Shown here: positions 17,727-26,874 of the stretch, one piece after another | Layout: each line of letters starts with the position of its first letter | Numbering within the stretch: the stretch's first letter is position 1 | NCBI GenBank assembly: GCA_023701245.1 | Contig: JAMPXK010000002.1 | Location: 40,960-104,959 of the forward strand | Direction of reading: 5' to 3' | DNA length: 64,000 nucleotides | Source: Elusimicrobiales bacterium | Lineage (GTDB): Bacteria > Elusimicrobiota > Elusimicrobia > Elusimicrobiales > UBA9959 | Program-made: the position numbers and the translations under genes | The notes under the pieces: generated by a model | Seen by the model: only the letters and a program-made list of their open reading frames with translations | Told to the model about the DNA's origin: nothing | Databases searched by the model: none

Positions 17727-19445
17727 ATGGAACTCCTGATACGGCTTAGCCTGAGGAACCTGCTGCGGCAGAAGCGGCGCAACCTGCTCCTGGGTTCGGC
17801 CATGGCCATCGGCGTGGCTATCCTCGTGACGGCGGGGTCCTTCTCCGCCGGCATCTCCGACATCATGTTCAACCGCATCATGCGCTATGTCACCGGCCAC
17901 GTGTCGGTGCGCTTCAACGAGCGCGGCGGCGTGATGCGCGAGATCTTCCGCGACGGGGAGCGGGCCCGGGCCGCGCTGCAAGGCGTGCCCGGCGTGGAAA
18001 AGGCGGAGGAAGGCGTAGGCTATTTCATGCGCGCCATCGGCAACGGCAAATCCGACAATATCATCCTGGTGGGCGCCAATATGTCCGCGGAACTCTCCGA
18101 TAAGGAGCGCCGGGAGATAGAGGAATCCTTCCGCGTGGTGGAAGGCAGCTGGGAGGGCGCGCGGGATTCCAAAGCGGAAAATCCCATTATCATCTCGGCC
18201 GAGAAGGCCCGCTACCTCAACGTGACCCTGGGCGACACGGTGCGGGTGCGCTTCCGCGACATGTTCGGCCAGGACCAGGCCGCGCGCCTGACCGTGGCCG
18301 GCGTGATGCGCAACGACAATATCTTCATGCAGCCGGTGGTGTTCCTGGAGCGGGAGCGCGCCAAGGCCCTGCTGGGCTACCGGCCCTGGGAGACGGCGAG
18401 TTTCAGCCTCACCCTCTCCGACCCCAAGCGCGGCGCCCGGGCCGTGGCCGACGCCATCCACGCCAGGCTCAAACCGGGACTCGCCTCCATGGAGGCGTCC
18501 GTGAACGGCCGCAAGACGGCGCTGTTCGGCGTAAAAAGCGACGCGGCCTCGCGCGAGGCGCTGGCCGCCCGGCTGAAACTTTCCCCGGCGGTACTGGAAG
18601 CGGCCCTGCGCCGCGACGGCGCCTTGCTGGACGCGCGCACCGCGCGGGCGCTGGGCGTGCGGCAGGGCGAAGAGTTCCGCGCCTCCTGGGCGCGCAAGTT
18701 CGAGCCAGGTTTGGGTGAGACCCGGCTGAAGGCCGCGGCCATTTTCAGCGGCGAGGGCCCGGGCGGCGTGCTGGTGAACGACGGCAAGTTCTACGCCGCC
18801 TATTACCGCGACCTGCCGGCCGCCGGCGCGGCCCCCGCGCCCGGCTGGGAGGCGCTGCTGGCCCCGGAATGGACGCTGCTGCCGCGCACCTATACCACCG
18901 ACGATTACAAGAAGAAGTATCAGGAGATAGCCCGCAGCCGCGGCAAGGGCACCACGGCCGACGTCTCTACCATGTACGAGACCGCCAGCGACATCCTCAA
19001 GCTCGAAGGCGTGCTCAACCTCATCACCCTCTCGGCGGTGCTGGTGCTGTTCTTCATCATCCTGCTGGGCGTGGTGAACACGCTGCGCATGACCATCCGC
19101 GAGCGCACCAAGGAGATAGGCACCGTGCGGGCCATAGGCATGCGCGCGGAGGACGTGCGCAACACCTTCCTGCTCGAGACCTTCTTCCTTACGCTTTTTT
19201 CCTCCGCGGCCGGCGTGGCTCTGGGTTTCCTGGCGATGAGTCTCATCTCCGTGCCGGAGTTCCACCCGCAGGATAACCCGCTGGGGATGCTGCTGGTCAA
19301 CGGGCGGGTCTATTTCCTGACCACTTTCTGGAATACCGCGGGCAGCGTGCTGCTGATCATGGGCATAGCGCTCGCCACGGCCTGGTTCCCGGCGCGCCGG
19401 GCGGCCGCCATGAGCCCCGCGCAGGCGCTGCGCCATTACGATTGA
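17727..19445 (+). CDS. ABC transporter permease, FtsX/MacB type (second copy)
   Basis: Same architecture as 16214-17722. The C-terminal module includes RERTKEIGTVRAIGMR. Confidence 0.85.
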   Translation: MELLIRLSLRNLLRQKRRNLLLGSAMAIGVAILVTAGSFSAGISDIMFNRIMRYVTGHVSVRFNERGGVMREIFRDGERARAALQGVPGVEKAEEGVGYFMRAIGNGKSDNIILVGANMSAELSDKERREIEESFRVVEGSWEGARDSKAENPIIISAEKARYLNVTLGDTVRVRFRDMFGQDQAARLTVAGVMRNDNIFMQPVVFLERERAKALLGYRPWETASFSLTLSDPKRGARAVADAIHARLKPGLASMEASVNGRKTALFGVKSDAASREALAARLKLSPAVLEAALRRDGALLDARTARALGVRQGEEFRASWARKFEPGLGETRLKAAAIFSGEGPGGVLVNDGKFYAAYYRDLPAAGAAPAPGWEALLAPEWTLLPRTYTTDDYKKKYQEIARSRGKGTTADVSTMYETASDILKLEGVLNLITLSAVLVLFFIILLGVVNTLRMTIRERTKEIGTVRAIGMRAEDVRNTFLLETFFLTLFSSAAGVALGFLAMSLISVPEFHPQDNPLGMLLVNGRVYFLTTFWNTAGSVLLIMGIALATAWFPARRAAAMSPAQALRHYD

Positions 19446-19455
19446 GGATACCTCT

Positions 19456-20214
19456 ATGCTGAAACTCGCGACCCTGCTCCTGCTCTGCTGCGGCCCTGCC
19501 CTGGCGGCCGACAGCCGCGTGACGCCCATACTCAAGGCGATAGACTACAATTACCGCTTGAAGAGCGACGTGCGGGCCGACGTTACCATGACCCAGCAGA
19601 AGGCCGGGCAGGGCACCAAGATCATAGACATGGCCTATTACCGGCGCGACGCGGACGACGCCTTCCTGATAGCCATCCGCGCCCCCGAGAACGAGAAAGG
19701 CAACGGCTACCTGCGGGTGGGCGACAATTTCTGGATGTACCGCAAGAACACCCGCACCTTCCAGCACGTCAACCGCGACGAGAGCATAGCCGGCACCGAC
19801 GCGCGCGGCGACGACTTCGAAACGCGCAAGCTGGAGGAGCTCTACGCCCCGGCCCTCGGTACCGACGGCAAGGAGGTCTTCGCCGAAGAGACGCTGGGCA
19901 AGGTGCCGGTGTACCGTTTCGAGCTGAAGGCCAAGGTAAGCGACGTGGACTACCCGCGCCAGATCTACTGGACCCGCCGCGACAATAACCTGCTGCTCAA
20001 GCAGGAGAGCTATTCCGGCTCGGGCACGCTGATGCAGACCGCCTATTTCCTGAAGTTCACCGAGGTGGAGGGGCGCTTCGTGCCGGTAAAGCAGCTCTTC
20101 ATCGACGAGTTCGAGAAAGGCAACCGCACCATAGTGGAGATCTCCGCCATAGTCCCCGGCAAGCTGGCCGACTCGATCTTTACCAAGCCCTACCTGGAGA
20201 ACCTGAGCAAATGA
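19456..20214 (+). CDS. LolA-like outer-membrane lipoprotein-sorting protein family
   Basis: Signal peptide. FLIAIRAPENEKGNGYLRVGDNFWMYRKNTRTFQHV...GTDARGDDFE resembles the LolA-like family. Confidence 0.7.
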   Translation: MLKLATLLLLCCGPALAADSRVTPILKAIDYNYRLKSDVRADVTMTQQKAGQGTKIIDMAYYRRDADDAFLIAIRAPENEKGNGYLRVGDNFWMYRKNTRTFQHVNRDESIAGTDARGDDFETRKLEELYAPALGTDGKEVFAEETLGKVPVYRFELKAKVSDVDYPRQIYWTRRDNNLLLKQESYSGSGTLMQTAYFLKFTEVEGRFVPVKQLFIDEFEKGNRTIVEISAIVPGKLADSIFTKPYLENLSK

Positions 20215-21473
20215 AGACCTTACTCGTACTGGCGCTGGCCGCCTCGCCCGCTTTCGCGGGGGACGTCTCCGAGGCGGAGCTGTTCTCCGACGCGGAGATG
20301 ATAACGGCCCCCGCGGCCGCCGCCCCCGTAGAAGAGAAGAAGACCCTCGGTTTTTCCGGCGAGCTCACGGCCGTGGCCGAGGACCTGTTCTACAGCACCG
20401 GTTCCTCCGGGGCTTTCAATTCCTACATGAAGGCGAACCTGCTCATGGACGCCCGGCTGAAAGGCGGGGTGAAGGCCTTCGCCAACCTGGAGGCCACCTA
20501 TACGCGCGGCGCCTCCGAGACCGAAAGCTCCCTGCGGGAGCTGTTCCTGGATTTCAACCTGGACCGCAAGGTGTATTTCAGGGCCGGCAAGCAGGTGCTG
20601 CAGTGGGGCCGCTGCAATCTGTGGAACCCCACCGACCTCATCAACGTCGAGAAGAACCCTTTTATCCGGCGCATCGGCTACCGCGAGGGCGCCTACGGCC
20701 TCAAGGCGCATATGCCTTTCGGCGCGGCCTACAACCTCTACGCTTTCGCGGACCTCGACGCCGGCGACGACCGCGACCCGGCGGGAGCACTCAAGTTCGA
20801 ATTTTTGACCGGCGCCACCGAAATGGCCTTCTCCGGCTGGGCGCGCCGCCACCGCCGCCCGGTGTTCGGTTATGATATCTCCTCCAGGGCGGGGGACATC
20901 GATATAGCGGGAGAGTTGGCCGTCTCGCGCCGGGACAATACCGTGTACGCGCGCGAGCAGGGCGGCTCGCTCTACGCCTACCGGGAGAATAAGGATTGGA
21001 CGCCGCGCGCGGCGCTTACGCTCTCGCGCGGTTTCCGCGTGGGCGATTTCAACGACCGGCTGACCGTGGCGGCGGAGACCTTCTACAACGCCAACGGCTA
21101 TACAAAGAGCCCTTTCCGGGACGGGCGGCTCTACACCTTCACCGGCCCGCTCGCGGCGCTGCTGCCGGCCGGCACGCGGGGGCAGTTCATCGTCGGCAAC
21201 GGCCTCTACGAGGCCAATTACATGGCCCGGCATTACGCGGCGCTGTTCACCACTTTCACCCGGTTCATCGTGACGGACATGACGCTTTCGGCCAACTATA
21301 TCCGCAACCTCAACGACGAGAGCGGCGCCCTTTCGGCCGGGGTCAATTACCGCAACCTGCAGGATTTCTCGGCGGGGTTCCTGGCCACGGCCTTTACCGG
21401 GCCCGCCAAAGGGGAATACACCTGGAGCGGCGCGCGGCTGCTGCTGCAGCTGACCGCCGGCGTCTCCTTCTGA
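20211..21473 (+). CDS. outer-membrane beta-barrel-like protein, unknown function
   Basis: ATGA overlap with the LolA-like gene, a signal peptide, a Tyr/Phe/Asn-rich strand pattern, and C-terminal ...LTAGVSF. Confidence 0.6.
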   Translation: MKTLLVLALAASPAFAGDVSEAELFSDAEMITAPAAAAPVEEKKTLGFSGELTAVAEDLFYSTGSSGAFNSYMKANLLMDARLKGGVKAFANLEATYTRGASETESSLRELFLDFNLDRKVYFRAGKQVLQWGRCNLWNPTDLINVEKNPFIRRIGYREGAYGLKAHMPFGAAYNLYAFADLDAGDDRDPAGALKFEFLTGATEMAFSGWARRHRRPVFGYDISSRAGDIDIAGELAVSRRDNTVYAREQGGSLYAYRENKDWTPRAALTLSRGFRVGDFNDRLTVAAETFYNANGYTKSPFRDGRLYTFTGPLAALLPAGTRGQFIVGNGLYEANYMARHYAALFTTFTRFIVTDMTLSANYIRNLNDESGALSAGVNYRNLQDFSAGFLATAFTGPAKGEYTWSGARLLLQLTAGVSF

Positions 21474-21523
21474 CCAAAGCCGCTGTTTTTGCCGCGTTCG
21501 GGATTATTTGATAAACTGCCGCA

Positions 21524-22822
21524 ATGGCCTCCCACCGCAAAAAACGCAACAAGCTGTTAAAACCCTCCCAGGCCATCCACGCCCTGCACCCGCAGGTCCC
21601 CAAGAACGAAGTTATTCACGCGCTGCGCGAGCGCGTAAAGGAATTGACCGCCCTGCATTCCACCGTGTGCGTACTGCAGGACGACCGCCTGTCCACGCGC
21701 GAGGTGCTGGACCGCATAGTGCGCCTCATCCCGCCGGCCTGGCAGTACCCGGAAATAACCGCCGGCCGCGTCCTGCTGGGGGATTGCGAAAGCCGCACGC
21801 CCAATTTCAGGCGTACCCGCTGGCTGCAGGCCTGCGATTTCCGTATAAGCCCGGCGCTGTCCGGCCGCATAGAGGTGTATTACCTGAAGAAAATGCCGCC
21901 CGAGACCGAGGGACCCTTCCTGGCCGAAGAGCGCAACTTGATAAACTCGCTGGCGGATATGCTGCGCGTTTATTTCGAGCGTAAACTGGCGTCTAAGGCC
22001 TTGCTGGACGCCCACAGCGACCTGGAGCGCCGCGTTAAAGAGCGTACCGCCGAGTTGGAGAAGCTCAACGCCGCGCTGAAGACCGAGGTGCGCGAGCGCG
22101 AGCTGCGCCAGAAAGAGATCCTTTCCTACCAGGAGAAGCTGCGCGGCCTGTCCGCCGAGCTTATCCTCACCGAGGAGCGTGAGCGCCGCGAAATAGCCAC
22201 CGACCTGCACGACGTGATAGGCCAGACGCTGGCCATGGCCAAGATGAAGACCGGGGCCCTGCGCGGCCTCTGCGCGGCGCCTGAAGCCGCCGGAGGGCTG
22301 AAGGACCTTGCCTCGTTCATCGACGAGGCCATACTGGCCACTCGCAGTCTTACCTTCCAGCTGGCTTCTCCCATCCTCTATGAACTCGGACTGGAGAGCG
22401 CGCTGGAGCGTCTGGCCGAGGATATGCGCAAGCGCTACGGCCTGCTGGTGCAGTTCAGCGGCGACAACAAGAACAAGCCGCTGCCCACCGAGACCAGCGT
22501 GATGATCTTCAAGGCCGTGCGCGAACTGCTCATGAACGCCGTAAAGCACGCCAAGGCTTCCGAGGTAAAGGTTAGCGTGCGCGGCGCGGCCGGTAAAATA
22601 GCCGTTACGGTGCGCGACAACGGGAGAGGCTTTAACGCGGCGGCCGCCGCCGGTTACGGCACAGACCGCCGCGGCTTCGGCCTGTTCTCCATCCGCGAGA
22701 AAGTTTCGCACCTGGGCGGCGCGTTCCGCCTGAGCACCCGGCCGGGCGCCGGGACGCTCGCCGTTATAACCGCCCCGCTGGGCAAAGGCAAACCACATGG
22801 AAAAGAAAATACTCATCTGTGA
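21524..22822 (+). CDS. cytoplasmic sensor histidine kinase, NarL-partner (HisKA_3) type
   Basis: H-box LHDVIGQTL plus HATPase motifs LMNAVKHA, DNGRGF and GFGL. No TM segments; the N-terminal ~150 aa are unassigned. Confidence 0.85.
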   Translation: MASHRKKRNKLLKPSQAIHALHPQVPKNEVIHALRERVKELTALHSTVCVLQDDRLSTREVLDRIVRLIPPAWQYPEITAGRVLLGDCESRTPNFRRTRWLQACDFRISPALSGRIEVYYLKKMPPETEGPFLAEERNLINSLADMLRVYFERKLASKALLDAHSDLERRVKERTAELEKLNAALKTEVRERELRQKEILSYQEKLRGLSAELILTEERERREIATDLHDVIGQTLAMAKMKTGALRGLCAAPEAAGGLKDLASFIDEAILATRSLTFQLASPILYELGLESALERLAEDMRKRYGLLVQFSGDNKNKPLPTETSVMIFKAVRELLMNAVKHAKASEVKVSVRGAAGKIAVTVRDNGRGFNAAAAAGYGTDRRGFGLFSIREKVSHLGGAFRLSTRPGAGTLAVITAPLGKGKPHGKENTHL

Positions 22823-23444
22823 CGACCATAAGATCTTCCGCGAGGGCCTGCGCGCTCTGCTGGAAAAGCAGCCCGGAGTGAAAGTGGTGGGCGGCGCAAG
22901 GGATGGGATAGAGGCCGTGAAACTGACCAAGGAGCTGTCCCCGGATATCGTGATAATGGATATATCCATGCCGGGCCTTAACGGGATAGAGGCCGCGCGC
23001 AAACTGTCCAAGGTCAAGAAATCCGCGCGGGTCATAGCGCTTTCAATGCATAACGACCGCAAATACGTGACAGAGATCATTAAGGCCGGCGCCCGCGCCT
23101 ACCTGCTCAAGGATTCCGCCTTCGAAGAGCTGATGGACGCCATAAAGGCCGTGAGCTGCGGCCGGTTCTTCCTGAGCGCGGGCATCACCAGTATAGTGCT
23201 GGACGATTACATAAAGGGCCCGTCGCGCGACCCGCGCAGCGTGTTCACGCTGCTGTCCGCCCGCGAACGCGAGGTGCTGCAGCTCCTGGCCGAAGGCCTG
23301 CGCACTAAGGAAATATCCCAGAAACTTTCCCTCAGCGTCAAGACCGTGGAGACCCACCGCAAGAAGATCATGGAAAAACTCGGCATCGCCAGCATCGCCG
23401 GCCTTACCCGTTACGCCGTCAAAGAGGGCCTGATAACGCTTTAA
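22797..23444 (+). CDS. NarL/LuxR family response regulator
   Basis: Receiver domain (DIVIMDISMPGLNG) plus LuxR HTH (REREVLQLLAEGLRTKEISQKLSLSVKTVETHR). Overlaps the kinase gene by 26 nt. Confidence 0.9.
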   Translation: MEKKILICDDHKIFREGLRALLEKQPGVKVVGGARDGIEAVKLTKELSPDIVIMDISMPGLNGIEAARKLSKVKKSARVIALSMHNDRKYVTEIIKAGARAYLLKDSAFEELMDAIKAVSCGRFFLSAGITSIVLDDYIKGPSRDPRSVFTLLSAREREVLQLLAEGLRTKEISQKLSLSVKTVETHRKKIMEKLGIASIAGLTRYAVKEGLITL

Positions 23445-23554
23445 GGTTTTTCCACCCGTGGTTTAAGGGAATCCCTGATACCTCGTTCCTCCGGCAATCC
23501 CTATAATTGGGTATAGCGCGGCCGTCAGCGCGCACCCAACAACGGAGGAATACT

Positions 23555-24763
23555 ATGTTCGATACCGGTAATACCGGGTTCATGCTCGTGTCGACCAGCC
23601 TCGTCATGCTCATGACCCCCGGCCTCGCGTTCTTCTACGGCGGCCTCGTCGGCCGCAAGAACGTGCTGGCCATCATGATACAGAGCTTCGTTTCCATGGG
23701 CGTCACCACGGTGCTGTGGTACGCTTTCGGCTATTCGCTGTGCTTTTCCGGCGGTCAGGGCGCCGTTATAGGCAACCTGGACATGGCCTTCCTGCGCGGC
23801 GTGGACCTCAACACGGTCTTCGCGGGCTCCAGCAGCATCCCGCTGCTGGTGTTCTTCGCCTACCAGATGATGTTCGCCCAGATCACCCCGGCGCTCATCA
23901 CCGGCGCGTTCACCAACCGCATCAACTTCAAGGCCTACCTGATCTTCCTGGTGGCCTGGCTGATCTTCGTGTACTTCCCGCTCTGCCACATGGTCTGGGG
24001 CGGCGGCCTGATGGCCGCTAACGGCGTGCTGGACTTCGCCGGCGGCATAGTGGTGCACGCCACGGCGGGTTTCGCCGCGCTGGCCTCGGTGTTCTTCGTG
24101 GGCAAGCGCAAGGTGACAGAAGCCGCGCACAGCATACCGCTGGTGGCGCTCGGCACGGGCCTGCTGTGGTTCGGCTGGTACGGCTTCAACGCCGGCTCCG
24201 AGCTCAAGGTGGACGCCGTCACGGCGCTGGCCTTCGTCAACACCGACGTGGCGGCCTCCTTCGCCGCCATCACCTGGCTGTTCATCGCCTGGTCGCTCGA
24301 GAAGAAGCCCAAGTTCGTGGGTCTCTTGACCGGCTCCATAGCCGGTCTGGCCACCATAACCCCCGGCGCGGGCTACGTTACCACCAAGGCGGCCGTCTTC
24401 ATAGGCATCCTGTCCAGCGTGGTCTGCTACATAGCGGTCAACCTGAAGAATAGACTGGGCTGGGACGACGCGCTGGACGTCTGGGGCGTGCACGGCGTGG
24501 GCGGCGTGCTGGGCGTAATAATGCTCGGCGTGTTCGGCACCACCGCGGTGAACGCGGCCGGCGCCAACGGCCTGTGGCACGGCGGCACCAGCTTCTTCTT
24601 CAAGCAGCTCATCGCCGTAACGGCCACCGCCGTCTATGCCTTCCTGTTCTCCTACGGGGCGCTGTTCGTGATCAATCTGTTCACGCCGGTGAAGACCACC
24701 GAGAAAGACGAGGAGACCGGGGTGGACGAGGCCCTGCACGGCGAGACCGCCTACCTGCACTAA
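23555..24763 (+). CDS. amt: ammonium transporter
   Basis: SD GGAGGA before ATG 23555 (the track ORF starts at 23507). DTGNTGFML, FFYGGLV, FAGGIVVH, WFGWYGFNAGS and DVWGVHGVGG. Confidence 0.9.
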   Translation: MFDTGNTGFMLVSTSLVMLMTPGLAFFYGGLVGRKNVLAIMIQSFVSMGVTTVLWYAFGYSLCFSGGQGAVIGNLDMAFLRGVDLNTVFAGSSSIPLLVFFAYQMMFAQITPALITGAFTNRINFKAYLIFLVAWLIFVYFPLCHMVWGGGLMAANGVLDFAGGIVVHATAGFAALASVFFVGKRKVTEAAHSIPLVALGTGLLWFGWYGFNAGSELKVDAVTALAFVNTDVAASFAAITWLFIAWSLEKKPKFVGLLTGSIAGLATITPGAGYVTTKAAVFIGILSSVVCYIAVNLKNRLGWDDALDVWGVHGVGGVLGVIMLGVFGTTAVNAAGANGLWHGGTSFFFKQLIAVTATAVYAFLFSYGALFVINLFTPVKTTEKDEETGVDEALHGETAYLH

Positions 24764-24777
24764 GCCGTTCTTTAACG

Positions 24778-24808
24778 CCCGCCCGGGCCGTACCCGGGCG
24801 GGTTTTTT
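24778..24808 (+). terminator. intrinsic terminator
   Basis: CCCGCCCGGG-ccgta-CCCGGGCGGG followed by TTTTTT. Confidence 0.8.
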
Positions 24809-24829
24809 ACGATACCGAAGGAGATAAAA

Positions 24830-25570
24830 ATGAAGACCTTTAAACTGATAGCCGCAGCCCTGCTCTGCCTGGCCCCGCTGGCCGCCAACGCCACGCCGTC
24901 CACGCAGATCTGGATCCCGTCCACCGACGTGCAGAAGTTCAAGAGCGTGCACCTGAACGTGGACAATTACGTGTCTTCCGAAAAGGAGACCGCCGGCAAC
25001 TGGAAAGCCCCGCTGCTGGTGATAGGCCCCACCGTGGGCGTGCTGCCCTATGAAAAGGTGAAGGCCGAGATAGGCTTCGACCTGATGCGCGCCGGCGTGG
25101 CCGCCGACAGCGACCCGCTTTACCTGCATGCCAAGATCGGCACCCCCGAGGGCGCCGCTTTCGCCGGCAGCCCGGCCTTCGCGCTGGGCGGCTACAACTT
25201 CGGCACCAAGAAGGACGTGACCGACCAGAACATAATCTACGGCCTGGCCGCCAAGAACGTGGGTAAGTTCGGGCGGTTCTCCGCCGGCTACTTCTCCGGC
25301 AATGACAAGGTGCTGGTGGACGAGAACGGCGATAAGGAGAATACCGGCGTGCTGCTGAGCTGGGACCGCACCATCGGCGAAGTGTCCGACAAGCTGTGGG
25401 CCGCGGTGGACTACCAGGGCGGCGACTCCGCGCTGGGCGCGCTCAGCTTCGGCCTGGCCTGGGCTTTCACGCCCGATACCAGCGTCATCTTCGGCTACGA
25501 CGTTTACAACAACGATAAAATAGCCGGCGCCAATACCTATACGGTGCAGCTCGACATCAACCTCTGGTAA
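24830..25570 (+). CDS. outer-membrane beta-barrel/porin-like protein, unknown function
   Basis: Signal peptide LAPLAANA/TP, a strand-like pattern, and C-terminal ...QLDINLW. Confidence 0.6.
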   Translation: MKTFKLIAAALLCLAPLAANATPSTQIWIPSTDVQKFKSVHLNVDNYVSSEKETAGNWKAPLLVIGPTVGVLPYEKVKAEIGFDLMRAGVAADSDPLYLHAKIGTPEGAAFAGSPAFALGGYNFGTKKDVTDQNIIYGLAAKNVGKFGRFSAGYFSGNDKVLVDENGDKENTGVLLSWDRTIGEVSDKLWAAVDYQGGDSALGALSFGLAWAFTPDTSVIFGYDVYNNDKIAGANTYTVQLDINLW

Positions 25571-25593
25571 GGTTACCGGCCTTCCGGTAAAGG

Positions 25594-25620
25594 CCCCGCC
25601 CGCAAGGCGGGGTCTTTTTT
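25594..25620 (+). terminator. intrinsic terminator
   Basis: CCCCGCC-cgcaa-GGCGGGG followed by TCTTTTTT. Confidence 0.75.
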
Positions 25621-25671
25621 ATGCCGCGCGGAAGTTGTATGCTCTTGGGATAAGGCACGGAGGAGCGTTAC

Positions 25672-26862
25672 ATGAATAAATTTTTATTCTCGGTGATACT
25701 GCTGGGCGGCGCCGCGGCGCAGGCGAAGGAACTTAAGTTCCCGCATGTGGCCGTGCTGCGGACGCACGCGGATTATTCTTTCATCCAGAACAACCTCAGC
25801 ACGGACTCCTTCAAGTTCGACGCCGAGGCGCGCGACGGGTTCCAGATGGACCTGCGCAACTGCGACCTGACCGGCTACGACCTGGCGGGCAACCGGCAGA
25901 TGCAGTATGCGAGTTTCAACACGCTCACTAAATTCCCGGCCAGACTGCCGCCGGGCTTTACCCCGGAAAAAATAATGGAACTGGGCCGCAATCCCGGCCT
26001 GGGCGTGCGTAAACTGCATAAGCGGGGGATAACCGGCAAGGGCGTGGGGCTGGGTATAATAGACCAGGCCCTGCTGTCCACGCACGCCGAGTACGCCGCC
26101 CGCCTGAAATTCTACGAAGAGATCCATTGCCTGGAGGACAGCGCCAGCATGCACGCGCAGGCGGTGTCCTCGCTGGCCGTGGGCAAGACCATAGGCGTGG
26201 CCCCCGGCGCCGACCTGTACGTGATAGGCCAGACCAACGGGGACCGCGACGAGAAGGGGCAGTTCCAGTTCGACCTTGGTTATATAGCCAGGTCCATAGA
26301 CCGGCTGGTGGAGGTCAACAAACAGCTGCCGGAGGCAGCCAAGATCCGCGTTATCTCCATCTCGCTGGCCATGGTGAAGAAGTGGAAGGGCTACGACCTG
26401 GCCGCGGCGGCCATCAAGCGGGCCGCCGAAAACAATATTTTCGTCCTGACCGTGGGCGACGAGGACTTTCCCATGGACGGCCTGGGGCGCGCCCCGCTGG
26501 CCGACCCGGACAAGAAGGAGTCCTATACCGGCGGCCTGATGTTCTGCGGCAATAAGCAGGGTTCCGGCCCGGCGGAAGTGCAGGTGCCCATGGATTCCCG
26601 AACCCTGGCCGACCCGAACGGGGACAACGCCTATTACTTCGCGCGCGTGGGCGGGCAGAGCTGGACCGTGCCGTGGATGGCGGGGCTGTACGCGCTGGCC
26701 TGCCAGGTCTATCCCGAGGTCACGCCCGCGATCTTCTGGAACGCCATGCTGGAGACCGCCGACGCCGTGACTTTCAAGAAGGACGGCGCGGCCTATACCC
26801 TGCAGAAAGTGGTGAACCCGGAAAAACTGATGGCCAGGCTCAGGAAACTGGACAATTACTGA
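25672..26862 (+). CDS. subtilase-like (S8-like) serine peptidase, secreted
   Basis: Signal peptide. Asp context GVGLGIIDQ, His context SMHAQAVSS, and Ser context GGQSWTVPWMAGLYAL. The motifs are diverged from canonical S8. Confidence 0.55.
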   Translation: MNKFLFSVILLGGAAAQAKELKFPHVAVLRTHADYSFIQNNLSTDSFKFDAEARDGFQMDLRNCDLTGYDLAGNRQMQYASFNTLTKFPARLPPGFTPEKIMELGRNPGLGVRKLHKRGITGKGVGLGIIDQALLSTHAEYAARLKFYEEIHCLEDSASMHAQAVSSLAVGKTIGVAPGADLYVIGQTNGDRDEKGQFQFDLGYIARSIDRLVEVNKQLPEAAKIRVISISLAMVKKWKGYDLAAAAIKRAAENNIFVLTVGDEDFPMDGLGRAPLADPDKKESYTGGLMFCGNKQGSGPAEVQVPMDSRTLADPNGDNAYYFARVGGQSWTVPWMAGLYALACQVYPEVTPAIFWNAMLETADAVTFKKDGAAYTLQKVVNPEKLMARLRKLDNY

Positions 26863-26874
26863 CGGAGGCGCGTT

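Noticed and set aside
15566-17881. 771-aa ORF on the minus strand spanning the ABC ATPase and first FtsX permease genes.
   Set aside because: It is antisense to genes with unambiguous Walker/signature/FtsX motifs. Its translation is Arg/Gly/His/Ala-rich with no motifs. This is a typical high-GC antisense artefact.
17646-19535. 629-aa minus-strand ORF over the second FtsX permease gene.
   Set aside because: Same reasoning: it is antisense to a motif-bearing gene and has a junk composition.
23525-25129. 534-aa minus-strand ORF opposite amt and the porin-like gene.
   Set aside because: It is antisense to the ammonium transporter and crosses its terminator. High-GC artefact.
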